DNA of 64,000 nt from Crocinitomicaceae bacterium (GCA_046304235.1 JBKCEW010000061.1:1927-65926), one strand, 5' to 3'. Shown: positions 41,629 through 51,462, counted from the stretch's first letter. Notes: generated from the letters alone by a model not told the origin. Program-made: numbers and translations.

Positions 41629-42045
41629 ATGAAATTGATAATTAGTTTGGTACTATTAGTATCTCTAACCTTTTTTTCATGTTCAAGAAATGAAAAAACG
41701 GAAGAAAAAGCAACTGAAAAGTTAGAAAAAATAGAATCTTTAGTAGAAATTAAAAACGGTATTTATACAGAATACTATCCCGGAAGAAAACAAATTAAAT
41801 TCCAAGGCGAACAAGACAATATGGGTAATCGCCAAGGAAAATGGACGTTCTACAGCGAAACAGGGATCGAATTAAGTTCTACACATTACGAACATGGTAA
41901 AAAACACGGTGCATCATTTGCTAAATATCCTAACGGCGCTCTTCATTATATTGGAGAATACGAAAATGATAAAGAAGTAGGTATTTGGAAAATGTATGAT
42001 GAAAAAGGAAATCTAGCAACAGAAAAAGACTACAGTAAACCTTAA
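41629..42045 (+). CDS. Lipoprotein with MORN-variant (YwqK-like) repeats
   Basis: The ATG at 41629 gives MKLIISLVLLVSLTFFSC (lipobox). Repeated G.W..Y...G motifs follow (GKWTFYSETG, GIWKMYDEKG). Confidence 0.6.
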   Translation: MKLIISLVLLVSLTFFSCSRNEKTEEKATEKLEKIESLVEIKNGIYTEYYPGRKQIKFQGEQDNMGNRQGKWTFYSETGIELSSTHYEHGKKHGASFAKYPNGALHYIGEYENDKEVGIWKMYDEKGNLATEKDYSKP

Positions 42046-44054
42046 TGTCAAGAATACCCCCGCATATCATAGATGAAATAATGCAAACCTCAAGAATTGA
42101 AGAGGTTATAGGGGAATTTGTACACTTAAAAAGAGCTGGTTCAAATTTAAAAGGATTAAGTCCTTTCACAGATGAAAAGACACCCTCATTCGTAGTTTCA
42201 CCGGCAAAACAAATCTTTAAATGTTTTTCTACAGGGAAAGGAGGTTCCGTTGTCACCTTTCTGATGGAAAAGGAACATTATTCCTATCCTGAAGCACTAA
42301 AATGGCTAGCGAATAAATACAATATTACCTTACCAGAAGAACGTGAGCCTACCGCAGAGGAACTAGCACAAATCACTGAAAAAGAAAGTCTTTTCATTAT
42401 CAACGAATTTGCTAGAAATCATTTTGTTGAACGTATGCACGAAACAGATGAAGGAAAGGCCGTTGGACTAAACTACTTCATTGAGAGAGGTTTTCGCAAA
42501 GACATTATTGAAAAATTTCAATTAGGTTATTGTCTTGAAAAGGGAAATGATTTTACAGAAAATGCGATCCAAAAAGGATATAAATTAGAATATCTTGAAA
42601 AAATTGGACTTATTAAATCCAAGGATAATCGCCATTTTGATTTTTTCAGAGGACGTGTTATGTTTCCTATACACTCCGTTTCAGGACGTGTATTAGGATT
42701 TGGAGGAAGAACCTTATTAGCAGATAAAAAAATTGCCAAATATTTCAATTCACCAGAAAGTGTCATTTATAATAAAAGTGATATTCTCTATGGGTTGTAT
42801 TATGCAAAAGGAGATATCGTTAAGTACGATAATTGCTATTTGGTTGAAGGCTATACAGATGTAATCAGTATGCACCAAGCCGGAATTATTAATGTCGTTT
42901 CGTCTTCTGGTACATCATTGACCCATGGACAAATAAAACTCATCCGTCGTTATACTCAAAACGTAACTATTTTATATGATGGTGATGCTGCAGGAATAAA
43001 GGCCTCATTTAGAGGGATCGATTTATTATTAGAAGAAGGTCTAAATGTTAGAGTCGTTTTATTTCCTGATGGAGATGACCCTGATTCCTACTCCAAAAAG
43101 GTTTCAAACGAAGAATTAAATCAATATATAAAATCTCACATGAAAGACTTTGTTTCTTTCAAAGCAGAGATATTATTAGGCGAAAACGGAGTTCAAGATC
43201 CAATACAACGAGCAAAATTAATTCACGATATCGTCCACTCTATTTCATTGATTCCTGATGAAATTAGTAGAACCGTTTATTCTCAAGAAATTTCAAAAAG
43301 ATTTGAAATAGATATCAATATCATACATCAAGAGTTATTTAAACTACGTAAAAATCAATTAGCAAAACAACAAGCAACAAATACTCCTCAACAAGCTCTT
43401 GAACCTGAAATCCCTACATACGAGTCAGCAACCACTGAAAATCAAAGTACACAGACTTCAGATACAAAACACCATTTTATTTCATTGGATCATGCTGAAT
43501 ATGATTTGATTCGGATATTGGTTAAATATGGAGTTTTGGCCATTGAAATAGAAATTACTAATGAATTTCAACAAAAAACAAAAATAGAAACTTCAGTAAC
43601 GGAGTTAGTTTGTGCTGAAATACATAAAGATCAAATGTTTTTTGAAAACACTGTTTTTCAACGATTATTTAACGAAGTAAATGAAAGCTTAAACCAAGAA
43701 AAACGTTTCTTAAAACCAAGTCATTTCTTAAAATCTACAGATATAGAAATAGTAAAATTAGTTTCTGATATCGAAAACGAACCCTATGAATTAAGCCATA
43801 ATTGGCTAAAAGAAAAGAACATAGAAACAAACTATGAAATTGACAAACTTTCAGATGCTGTTTTAACCTCGATTTATCATTTCAAAATGAGTCGAATCAT
43901 AAAACGCATTTACGAAATTCAATCAGAACTTGCTAATTTAAATGCAGCCAATGATGATGAATTTGCATCGATGAGTTTATTATTAATGGAACAAGTAAAA
44001 TTAGAGCAAGTAAAAACCGTATTATCAAAAGCATTAGGCAGAACCATTTTGTAA
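42045..44054 (+). CDS. dnaG: DNA primase
   Basis: 669 aa, with a zinc-binding region (GLSPFTDEKTPSFVVSPAKQIFKCFSTGKGG) and a TOPRIM domain (EGYTDV...LYDGDAAG). The ATG overlaps the upstream stop (TAATG). Confidence 0.95.
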   Translation: MSRIPPHIIDEIMQTSRIEEVIGEFVHLKRAGSNLKGLSPFTDEKTPSFVVSPAKQIFKCFSTGKGGSVVTFLMEKEHYSYPEALKWLANKYNITLPEEREPTAEELAQITEKESLFIINEFARNHFVERMHETDEGKAVGLNYFIERGFRKDIIEKFQLGYCLEKGNDFTENAIQKGYKLEYLEKIGLIKSKDNRHFDFFRGRVMFPIHSVSGRVLGFGGRTLLADKKIAKYFNSPESVIYNKSDILYGLYYAKGDIVKYDNCYLVEGYTDVISMHQAGIINVVSSSGTSLTHGQIKLIRRYTQNVTILYDGDAAGIKASFRGIDLLLEEGLNVRVVLFPDGDDPDSYSKKVSNEELNQYIKSHMKDFVSFKAEILLGENGVQDPIQRAKLIHDIVHSISLIPDEISRTVYSQEISKRFEIDINIIHQELFKLRKNQLAKQQATNTPQQALEPEIPTYESATTENQSTQTSDTKHHFISLDHAEYDLIRILVKYGVLAIEIEITNEFQQKTKIETSVTELVCAEIHKDQMFFENTVFQRLFNEVNESLNQEKRFLKPSHFLKSTDIEIVKLVSDIENEPYELSHNWLKEKNIETNYEIDKLSDAVLTSIYHFKMSRIIKRIYEIQSELANLNAANDDEFASMSLLLMEQVKLEQVKTVLSKALGRTIL

Positions 44055-44058
44055 AAAT

Positions 44059-45201
44059 ATGAGTGAAACATTATTTGAGTTAGGTCCTTATAAAGTATGT
44101 ATGTGGAATTTGTTAGCCCTATCTATCATTTATACCATTGCATTTATTTTAAGTCGATTGACTCATCAATCATTAAAAAAATACCTGATTGACAACAACA
44201 TAAAACTTGAAGGTAGAAGAACAACACTTTTAAAATTATCAAGTCAAAGTGTTTATTTCCTTGCAGCATATATCTCCATTTTAAGTTTTAAAATCAACAA
44301 TAACCACGTTTCTTTCACTGACTTTTTGAACTACAAAATTGTAGAATCAAAACAAGCGAACATTTCTTTCTTCCAGATAATCATTGTTATTGGAGTTTTT
44401 TTCGCTGCTAGAATATCTGTCAACTTCATGAAATTATATTATAATAAGAAGTTAAGACAAAAAGAAAGTTTTAATCCGAGTACAGAATATATCTATGTTC
44501 AAACAACAAAATATGCTATTTATGTATTCTCTATTTTATTCAGTTTAAATCTTTTCGAAATAAATATTTCTCTACTGCTCACTGGTTCAGCAGCTATGTT
44601 GGCCGTAATTGGTTTTATTTTCCAAGATGTATTTAAAGACATGTTTTCTGGACTCGTTTTACTTTTTGAAGGAACCATAAAAATCGGTGACATTGTAGAA
44701 ATTAGAGATTCAAAATTCAAAGAACCTGTATTTGCTAAAATATTAAAAATCAACGTAAGAAGTACCCAAATCGAAACACGCGAAGGAAATGTATTTATCA
44801 TTCCAAACGCAAAACTAACCCAAGAATATGTAGAAAATTGGAGCCAAAATAATGAGTTAACTCGTTCAACCATTTTTATTACAGTACAATACGGTACAGA
44901 TTGTGATTTGGTAATTAATCTTTTAAAGCAAGCAGCATTAAGTCATCCTAAGGTTAAAAAAAACAATCCTATTCAAGTTCGTCTTCGAGATTTTGGAGAA
45001 AATGGATTGGAAATGGAATTATTATTTTGGTGCGATAACACATGGGATATAAATAATTACAAATCAGAAATTAGATTAGAAATCAATCGATTATTTAATC
45101 AATACAACATAAAAATACCTTATCCACATCGTCATTTAGTTTATGATAAACCAACCGAAATTGAAAACAAAAACAGTACTAATTATGAAAGTTCTTTTTA
45201 A
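44059..45201 (+). CDS. Mechanosensitive ion channel family protein (MscS-like)
   Basis: 380 aa, with N-terminal TM helices followed by the MscS beta-domain motif G.IKIGD.VEI......A.I..I..R.T.I.T.EG....IPNA. Confidence 0.8.
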   Translation: MSETLFELGPYKVCMWNLLALSIIYTIAFILSRLTHQSLKKYLIDNNIKLEGRRTTLLKLSSQSVYFLAAYISILSFKINNNHVSFTDFLNYKIVESKQANISFFQIIIVIGVFFAARISVNFMKLYYNKKLRQKESFNPSTEYIYVQTTKYAIYVFSILFSLNLFEINISLLLTGSAAMLAVIGFIFQDVFKDMFSGLVLLFEGTIKIGDIVEIRDSKFKEPVFAKILKINVRSTQIETREGNVFIIPNAKLTQEYVENWSQNNELTRSTIFITVQYGTDCDLVINLLKQAALSHPKVKKNNPIQVRLRDFGENGLEMELLFWCDNTWDINNYKSEIRLEINRLFNQYNIKIPYPHRHLVYDKPTEIENKNSTNYESSF

Positions 45202-45802
45202 CCTAATCTTAAGCATTAGTATTGGTGTTCAATTTACTTATTCTCAGAATTGGGATATAAATCTTTTAAAATCAGTAAATAGTCAATACACCGAAAATGT
45301 TGGTAAACCAATGATTATAGTGACTGAAAGCATTACTCCTGTATCATTAGCAGCACCTATAGGAATATTTATAGCAGGAACTATCAAAAAAAATGATAAA
45401 CTAAAACATGATGCAATTTCAATAGGTGTATCTCAATTGTTTTCGAGTATATTAACCGTTGGATTAAAACTAGGAATTAATCGTCCTAGACCATCGATAA
45501 CCTACCCAAATGATATCACAAAATATTCTAGTGCAGGCTCTCCCTCTTTTCCTTCTGGTCATACAAGCATGGCATTTAATGTTGCAACTGCATTAACTCT
45601 AAATTACCCGAAATGGTATGTATATGTGCCCGCCTATCTTTGGGCAAGTAGTGTCGGTTATTCTAGAATGTATTTAGGAGTGCATTATCCATCAGATGTA
45701 TTAGTCGGAGCAGTTATAGGTAGTGGAACTGCTATTCTTACTGAATATGGGAGAAAGTATTTGGTAGAAAAAAGAAACAGGAAAGTTGAGAATCAGTTTT
45801 AG
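45185..45802 (+). CDS. PAP2-superfamily phosphatase
   Basis: The ATG at 45185 gives MKVLFNLILS. The PAP2 motifs are KLGINRPRP, PSGHTS and SRMYLGVHYPSDV. The gene overlaps the MscS-like gene by 17 nt. Confidence 0.85.
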   Translation: MKVLFNLILSISIGVQFTYSQNWDINLLKSVNSQYTENVGKPMIIVTESITPVSLAAPIGIFIAGTIKKNDKLKHDAISIGVSQLFSSILTVGLKLGINRPRPSITYPNDITKYSSAGSPSFPSGHTSMAFNVATALTLNYPKWYVYVPAYLWASSVGYSRMYLGVHYPSDVLVGAVIGSGTAILTEYGRKYLVEKRNRKVENQF

Positions 45803-45837
45803 ATTCAAAGATTACAGATTACAGATTGAAAGATTAC
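45801..45837 (+). repeat. Solo array of 5 units of the AGATTAC-family heptamer (AGATTCAA AGATTAC AGATTAC AGATTGAA AGATTAC)
   Basis: This is the same unit family as 24175-24333. It fills the gap between convergent PAP2 (stop at 45800-45802) and gpsA, and covers the gpsA stop codon (45834-45836). Confidence 0.9.
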
Positions 45838-46832
45838 GACAATTTATCTGCTAAGATTTTCATCTCGATGACAGGAGATATTTTTTCGTAAACGATGTTA
45901 TAAACCGCTTGAATAATAGGCATCTCAACATTGAATTTTTTATTGATTTCAACTAAACATTTTACAGCATAATATCCTTCAGCAACCATTTCCATTTCAA
46001 GTTGAGCACTTTTTACAGAATACCCTTTTCCTATCATGAAACCAAAAGTTCGGTTACGAGAAAACTTTGAGTAGGCAGTTACTAATAAGTCACCTAAATA
46101 AGCACTAGACTTCACATCACGGTGTATCGGGTGAACAACATCGATGAAGTTTTCGATTTCTTGAATTGCATTAGATACTAACACAGACTGGAAATTGTCA
46201 CCATAGCCTAATCCCGCACAAATACCTGATGCAACTGCATATACGTTTTTCAATACCGCAGAAAACTCTGTTCCAAATAAATCATCAGAAATAGTAGTTT
46301 TGATATAACGACAAGCCAACGCGCGCGCCATATTGTTTGCAATAACCTCATCTTGACAAGCAATTGTCAGGTAAGATAAACGCTCTAAGGCAACTTCTTC
46401 GGCATGACAAGGCCCACAAATAATTCCGATTTTAGAATAAGGAACACCAAATGATTTATGTATAAACCTTGCTGGTATAGAGTTGTATTCAGGAATAATT
46501 CCTTTAACCGCTGAAAATACTACTTTACCATGAAAAATATCTTTCGGAACATTTTCAAACAATTTCGTTAAAAAGGCAGAAGGAGTAGCAATGATAATGT
46601 AATTCGCTTCATTAATAATTTCTTCCAAATTAGAAGAAACAACTAACTTATCCGTATTGAACTCAACAGATTGTAAGTATTTTGGATTGTGTTTGAACTT
46701 AAGAATGTGGTTGACAGATTCGTCTGATCTTAGCCACCAATACACTTTTTCTTGTGTATTACATAGTATTTTAACTTGTGCTGTAGCCCAACTACCACCA
46801 CCAATGACTGCTATTTTCTTTTCTTTCACCAT
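45834..46832 (-). CDS. gpsA: NAD(P)H-dependent glycerol-3-phosphate dehydrogenase
   Basis: 332 aa, with the N-terminal Rossmann motif IAVIGGGSWATA, plus GPCHAEEV and the C-terminal domain. Confidence 0.92.
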   Translation of the reverse strand: MVKEKKIAVIGGGSWATAQVKILCNTQEKVYWWLRSDESVNHILKFKHNPKYLQSVEFNTDKLVVSSNLEEIINEANYIIIATPSAFLTKLFENVPKDIFHGKVVFSAVKGIIPEYNSIPARFIHKSFGVPYSKIGIICGPCHAEEVALERLSYLTIACQDEVIANNMARALACRYIKTTISDDLFGTEFSAVLKNVYAVASGICAGLGYGDNFQSVLVSNAIQEIENFIDVVHPIHRDVKSSAYLGDLLVTAYSKFSRNRTFGFMIGKGYSVKSAQLEMEMVAEGYYAVKCLVEINKKFNVEMPIIQAVYNIVYEKISPVIEMKILADKLS

Positions 46833-47011
46833 GTAATAGAAAACAAATTTAATATTATTTTAGGGTTAATTTACATTACGAACTTCTTTTTGAAAAGTAT
46901 TTAAAATTAAATAAATGATTTACAAATACTTATGTGAATTTAATTCAAAATGAATTTAAGAACATTTTGATTTAAAAATTAATGTATATTTAAAATAAGA
47001 AACTATTAACT

Positions 47012-48916
47012 ATGGGATTACAAGACCTTAAAATAAATTCTTTTGAAGAATATCAACAACAGTATCAAAAAAGTATAAATCAACCAGAACTTTTTTGGGA
47101 TGAAATCGGTTCACATTTTACTTGGAAAAAAAAATGGATCAAGGTTTTGTCTTGGGATTTTGAAAAATTAAATATTCGTTGGTTTGAAGGAGGTACGTTA
47201 AATATTACTGAAAATATATTTGAAAGAAACTTACCTACTTTAAAAAATACACCAGCTATTATTTGGGAACCAAATTCCCCAGAAGCTGAAAACAAAACAC
47301 TCACCTATCAAGAACTTTACGAAGCCGTAAATCAATGTGCAAATGCGTTAAAATCATTAGGTATTGGTAAAGGCGATCGTGTTTGTATTTATTTACCAAT
47401 GGTACCTGAATTAGCGATTTCAGTACTTGCTTGTGCTCGAATAGGCGCGGTTCATTCTGTTGTATTTGCAGGATTTTCAGCAACTTCATTATCAGATAGA
47501 ATCATCGATGCGGAAGCAAAATTGGTTATAACCGCTGATGGTTTAAGACGTGGTGCAAAAACGGTAGCCTTAAAAGAAGTGGTTGATGAAGCAGTAAAAA
47601 ATACTCCATCCGTAGAAAAAGTATTGGTTCTAAATGTATTAAACGAGAATATTCAATTCAACCCTTCTTTAGATGTAAAATGGGAGGAGATTGTTCCACA
47701 ACAATCAACTGAATGTCCTGCGGAAGAAATGGATAGTGAGGATTATTTATTCATTTTATATACTTCAGGCTCTACTGGTAAACCAAAAGGTGTAGTACAT
47801 ACATGTGGCGGATATATGGTGTACACGGCTTATAGTTTCACGAATGTATATCAATATACTCCGGGCGATATTCATTGGTGTACAGCCGATATTGGTTGGA
47901 TTACAGGTCATTCCTATATTATTTATGGACCATTATTAAGTGGAGCAACAACAGTAATGTTTGAAGGGATTCCAACTTATCCAGACGCAGGAAGATTTTG
48001 GGAAATTGTAGAAAAATACAAAGTGAATCAGTTTTTAACTGCTCCAACGGCGATTCGTTCATTAATGGCTTTTGGAGAAGAGACCGTTGAGAAATATAAT
48101 TTGAGTTCTTTAAAAGTAATTGGAACTGTTGGAGAACCCATCAACGAGGAAGCGTGGCATTGGTATGCGACACACGTTGGAAAAGATGTGTGTCCGGTGG
48201 TAGATAACTGGTGGCAAACAGAAACAGGAGGAATTATGATTTCGGGAATTGGAAATCTTTCTCCACAAAAACCAACTTTTGCAGGCTATCCCCTTCCAGG
48301 AATTCAGCCTGTATTATTAAATCAAGCAGGAGAGGAAATTCAAGAACACGAAGTAGAAGGTTATTTGTGTGTAAAATTCCCATGGCCTTCTATGATTCGC
48401 ACTACTTATGGAGATCACCAACGTTGTATAGATACTTATTTCTCTAATTATAAAGGATATTATTTTACAGGAGATGGAGCGAAAAGAGATGCAGATGGAA
48501 TGTACCGAATCATTGGAAGAATAGACGATGTTATCAATGTTTCGGGTCACCGCTTTGGTACTGCAGAAATTGAAAATGCCATCAATGAAGATCCGCAAAT
48601 AATAGAATCAGCAGTAGTGGGTTACCCTCATCCAATCAAAGGACAATCAATTTATGCCTTTGTTGTTTCAGATCATCCGATTGAAAAACAAGATGAAGCA
48701 CGTAAATCAATTCTTGAAACAGTTACAAATATCATAGGTAAGATTGCATTACCGGAAAAAATTCAGTTCGTTTCTGGTTTACCTAAAACTCGTTCAGGTA
48801 AAATTATGCGTCGAATTTTACGCAAAGTAGCAGAAGGAGAAATTGAAAGTTTAGGTGATACCTCCACCCTACTTGATCCTTCTGTTGTTGAAGAAATTGT
48901 GAAGAATAGGATATAA
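47012..48916 (+). CDS. acs: Acetyl-CoA synthetase (AMP-forming)
   Basis: 634 aa, with the AMP-binding motif YTSGSTGKPKGV, then WWQTETGG, and the C-terminal LPKTRSGKIMRRILRK. Confidence 0.95.
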   Translation: MGLQDLKINSFEEYQQQYQKSINQPELFWDEIGSHFTWKKKWIKVLSWDFEKLNIRWFEGGTLNITENIFERNLPTLKNTPAIIWEPNSPEAENKTLTYQELYEAVNQCANALKSLGIGKGDRVCIYLPMVPELAISVLACARIGAVHSVVFAGFSATSLSDRIIDAEAKLVITADGLRRGAKTVALKEVVDEAVKNTPSVEKVLVLNVLNENIQFNPSLDVKWEEIVPQQSTECPAEEMDSEDYLFILYTSGSTGKPKGVVHTCGGYMVYTAYSFTNVYQYTPGDIHWCTADIGWITGHSYIIYGPLLSGATTVMFEGIPTYPDAGRFWEIVEKYKVNQFLTAPTAIRSLMAFGEETVEKYNLSSLKVIGTVGEPINEEAWHWYATHVGKDVCPVVDNWWQTETGGIMISGIGNLSPQKPTFAGYPLPGIQPVLLNQAGEEIQEHEVEGYLCVKFPWPSMIRTTYGDHQRCIDTYFSNYKGYYFTGDGAKRDADGMYRIIGRIDDVINVSGHRFGTAEIENAINEDPQIIESAVVGYPHPIKGQSIYAFVVSDHPIEKQDEARKSILETVTNIIGKIALPEKIQFVSGLPKTRSGKIMRRILRKVAEGEIESLGDTSTLLDPSVVEEIVKNRI

Positions 48917-49000
48917 GTGGAAAGATTAATTCAGATATCAAGTATTGAATTTTGTATATTTGTATAAACTATTTAACAGAAATTAAATATATTAAAAGCA

Positions 49001-49252
49001 ATGGAAACAAACAACTTAGTTATTTTTCATCCTAATAACTCAGAACAAATTTCTGCATTAAGAGCTCTAGCCAAAATATTAAAATTAGATGTAGAAATTA
49101 CTACACAAGAAAAACTTGAGAAAAAAGTAAGAATTAACAAAGAAAAACAACGGGTTTTTAACGATATTCGAGAGGCTGTTGACGAATTAAAGTTGGTAAA
49201 ATCTGGTAAAAAGAAAGCTAGAAACGTAGAAGATCTTTTAAATGAATTATAA
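49001..49252 (+). CDS. Putative antitoxin of a type II TA pair
   Basis: 83 aa. It overlaps the downstream toxin-like ORF by 11 nt. The call rests on small size and genetic architecture only, and I did not recognise a family with confidence. Confidence 0.45.
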   Translation: METNNLVIFHPNNSEQISALRALAKILKLDVEITTQEKLEKKVRINKEKQRVFNDIREAVDELKLVKSGKKKARNVEDLLNEL

Positions 49253-49565
49253 AATACAAACGCTATCTAAATTTGATAAAAATTTAAAAGCACTCATTAA
49301 AAAATACCCTTCACTTAAAAGTGAATTTATTGAATTTGTAAAAAACTTAAAAGAAAATCCTATACAAGGCACTCAAATTGCGCCAAACTGTTACAAAATA
49401 AGAATTTCGATTTCATCAAAAGGAAAAGGAAAATCTTCTGGTGCAAGAATTATCACCAATATTATTATTTCGGAAGAAACAGTCTATCTTCTTACAATTT
49501 ATGATAAATCAGAAAAGTCTTCAATTTCAGATAAAGAGTTAAAGGAATTGCTAAAAGAAATATAA
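49242..49565 (+). CDS. RelE/ParE-superfamily (HigB/Gp49-like) toxin
   Basis: 107 aa. The pattern ..F.K..K.L.KK...L......I..L..NP..G......YK.R......GKGKSSGARII........VYLLTIYDKSEK..I is typical of RelE-like mRNA interferases. Confidence 0.55.
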   Translation: MNYKIQTLSKFDKNLKALIKKYPSLKSEFIEFVKNLKENPIQGTQIAPNCYKIRISISSKGKGKSSGARIITNIIISEETVYLLTIYDKSEKSSISDKELKELLKEI

Positions 49566-49568
49566 AAT

Positions 49569-50033
49569 CTATTTTAATTCTTTCAATTCTAATCCAATAT
49601 CATAAACTCCGTAAAGTACTTTTTGGATCACCCCTTGCTCTAATACGAACGTATATTTTCCTGCAGTTGGAAACTTTCTATTTCTGAAAACTAATTTATT
49701 CTCAACGATAGAACCTGTTTTTTTACCTAACCAATATCCCTTATCATCTGAAATTTGAATTTCAAAAGGTTCACGGTATCTTTTTTTATCTGGAGTTACT
49801 GAATTCATATACACCCAAGCATTACGGTATTGATAATGCGTAGATGTTCTGAAAGTCAATATCATTTCATAGGTTTTATTCGCGTCTTTTATATCAATAA
49901 CGAAGGTTGGTTTTTGCTTTCTAGACCATGTCAAATTAGTAAAAGAGACTGATTCTTGAAAATAAGGACTATCTCCGCACGAAGTAAGTACAAACAGTAG
50001 TAAAAAAATACCTGTAAATAAATTTTTATTCAT
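49569..50033 (-). CDS. gldH: Gliding-motility lipoprotein GldH
   Basis: The ATG at 50033 gives MNKNLFTGIFLLLFVLTSC (lipobox). ~154 aa, with GldH-like size and motifs (W....P.F.I.I.D....Y......R....Y.Y.N.W). It overlaps the PSP1 stop (ATGAATAA). The longer track ORF was rejected. Confidence 0.65.
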   Translation of the reverse strand: MNKNLFTGIFLLLFVLTSCGDSPYFQESVSFTNLTWSRKQKPTFVIDIKDANKTYEMILTFRTSTHYQYRNAWVYMNSVTPDKKRYREPFEIQISDDKGYWLGKKTGSIVENKLVFRNRKFPTAGKYTFVLEQGVIQKVLYGVYDIGLELKELK

Positions 50034-51375
50034 TTTTAGCATTGTTTGAATCCGGAAGATTTTGATTTCTGTTTTTATCAAAATTCCTTCGGTTATTATT
50101 TCTTCGTTTGTTATTGTTATTTCTATTTTTCTGAGCCACATCAGTTGATTGATTTGCTTCAACATCACTATTTTCAGTAGTTACAGCTACTGTTTTTTGA
50201 TCTCTATCAACACGTTGAGGTTTATTTTGATTCGGATTAGTTGATTGATTTGGGTTTCTTGTTGGTTTATTTTTTTTCTTCTTTCCGAAATTATCATCAA
50301 AACGACTTAAACTATCCTGACCAACTACATTTTCATAAGCAATTTCAGCCACAACTGTTTCTTGAATCATAAAATCCTTCAAGGTATGTGGTTTTTTCTT
50401 TTGTTGATTCATGCTTACGATTTCCTTTACTCGATCAGGAGAAAGCGGGATGAACTCATTTTCACCATCCATCACAAACCACATTAGCCTTTTGAAAACA
50501 TCTGTTTTTACGTGAAAAGCGGTTCCTTTTTCAGTATATAATTTAGTCTCCGCAGGTGGAAAATGCTTAATTGCATCCAAATACATATCCAATTCGTAGT
50601 TCAAACAGCATTTCAATTTACCACATTGTCCTGCTAATTTTTGAGGATTTAGTGACAATTGTTGGTATCGTGCTGCTGAAGTTGAAACTGATCTGAAATC
50701 TGTTAACCAAGTTGAACAACATAATTCTCTACCACACGAACCGATACCTCCTAAACGAGATGCCTCTTGACGAGATCCAATTTGACGCATTTCAATACGC
50801 ACCTTGAATTTCTCTGCCATGTCTTTGATTAACTGACGAAAGTCAACACGGTCATCAGAGGTATAATAAAATGTCGCTTTGGTTAAATCCCCTTGATACT
50901 CAACATCAGATATTTTCATATCCAAGTTTAAGTTTACAGCCAAGGTTCTCGCTTGATACATTACTTCTTTTTCAAGATTGCGCGCCTCCATCCATTTCTG
51001 AACATCATCTTGATTTGCAATGCGATATATTTGAGGGGTTTCCGTATTCTCCTTATTCCCACTCTTTTTATTTACCTGTATTCTGGCTAACTCTCCTACG
51101 ATTGAAACAACACCCACATCAAATCCTGGACTAGCCTCAACCACCACGATATCTCCTACATTTAATGAAAGATTTTTCGTGTTTTTATAGAAACTTTTAC
51201 GACCGTTTTTAAATCGTATTTCTGCTATATCAAAAGGTTTCATTCCTTGTGGCAACGTCATATTTGCCAACCAGTCAAAAACTCCTAATTTATTACAACC
51301 ACCAGAACTACAGGTTCCGTTACTTTGACAGCCACCCGAAGAACAACCGCCAGTGCCACAATTAGAACATCCCAT
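50026..51375 (-). CDS. PSP1-domain protein (RicT/YaaT-like) with a Cys/Gly-rich N-terminus and a low-complexity basic tail
   Basis: The N-terminus is MGCSNCGTGGCSSGGCQSNGTCSSGGCNKL, and the PSP1 C-terminal core is KISDVEYQGD..KATFYYT.D.RVDFR.LI...A..F.VRIEMRQIG.R. The C-terminal ~110 aa is N/K/R/Q-rich. Confidence 0.85.
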   Translation of the reverse strand: MGCSNCGTGGCSSGGCQSNGTCSSGGCNKLGVFDWLANMTLPQGMKPFDIAEIRFKNGRKSFYKNTKNLSLNVGDIVVVEASPGFDVGVVSIVGELARIQVNKKSGNKENTETPQIYRIANQDDVQKWMEARNLEKEVMYQARTLAVNLNLDMKISDVEYQGDLTKATFYYTSDDRVDFRQLIKDMAEKFKVRIEMRQIGSRQEASRLGGIGSCGRELCCSTWLTDFRSVSTSAARYQQLSLNPQKLAGQCGKLKCCLNYELDMYLDAIKHFPPAETKLYTEKGTAFHVKTDVFKRLMWFVMDGENEFIPLSPDRVKEIVSMNQQKKKPHTLKDFMIQETVVAEIAYENVVGQDSLSRFDDNFGKKKKNKPTRNPNQSTNPNQNKPQRVDRDQKTVAVTTENSDVEANQSTDVAQKNRNNNNKRRNNNRRNFDKNRNQNLPDSNNAKNE

Positions 51376-51462
51376 AGTTATAAAAATTGAACTGCAAATG
51401 TACTGAATTTATCTGTGAAGTGTTTTGATTTGAATTGAGAAATTAAAAAGCAATAAAAAATT

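Noticed and set aside
50034-50168. Longer 199-aa version of the gldH ORF, and likewise the 153-aa version of the 39913 ORF up to 40374
   Set aside because: The extensions lie inside the upstream genes. An internal ATG gives a proper lipoprotein signal peptide for gldH, or a sensible short overlap for the 39913 ORF.
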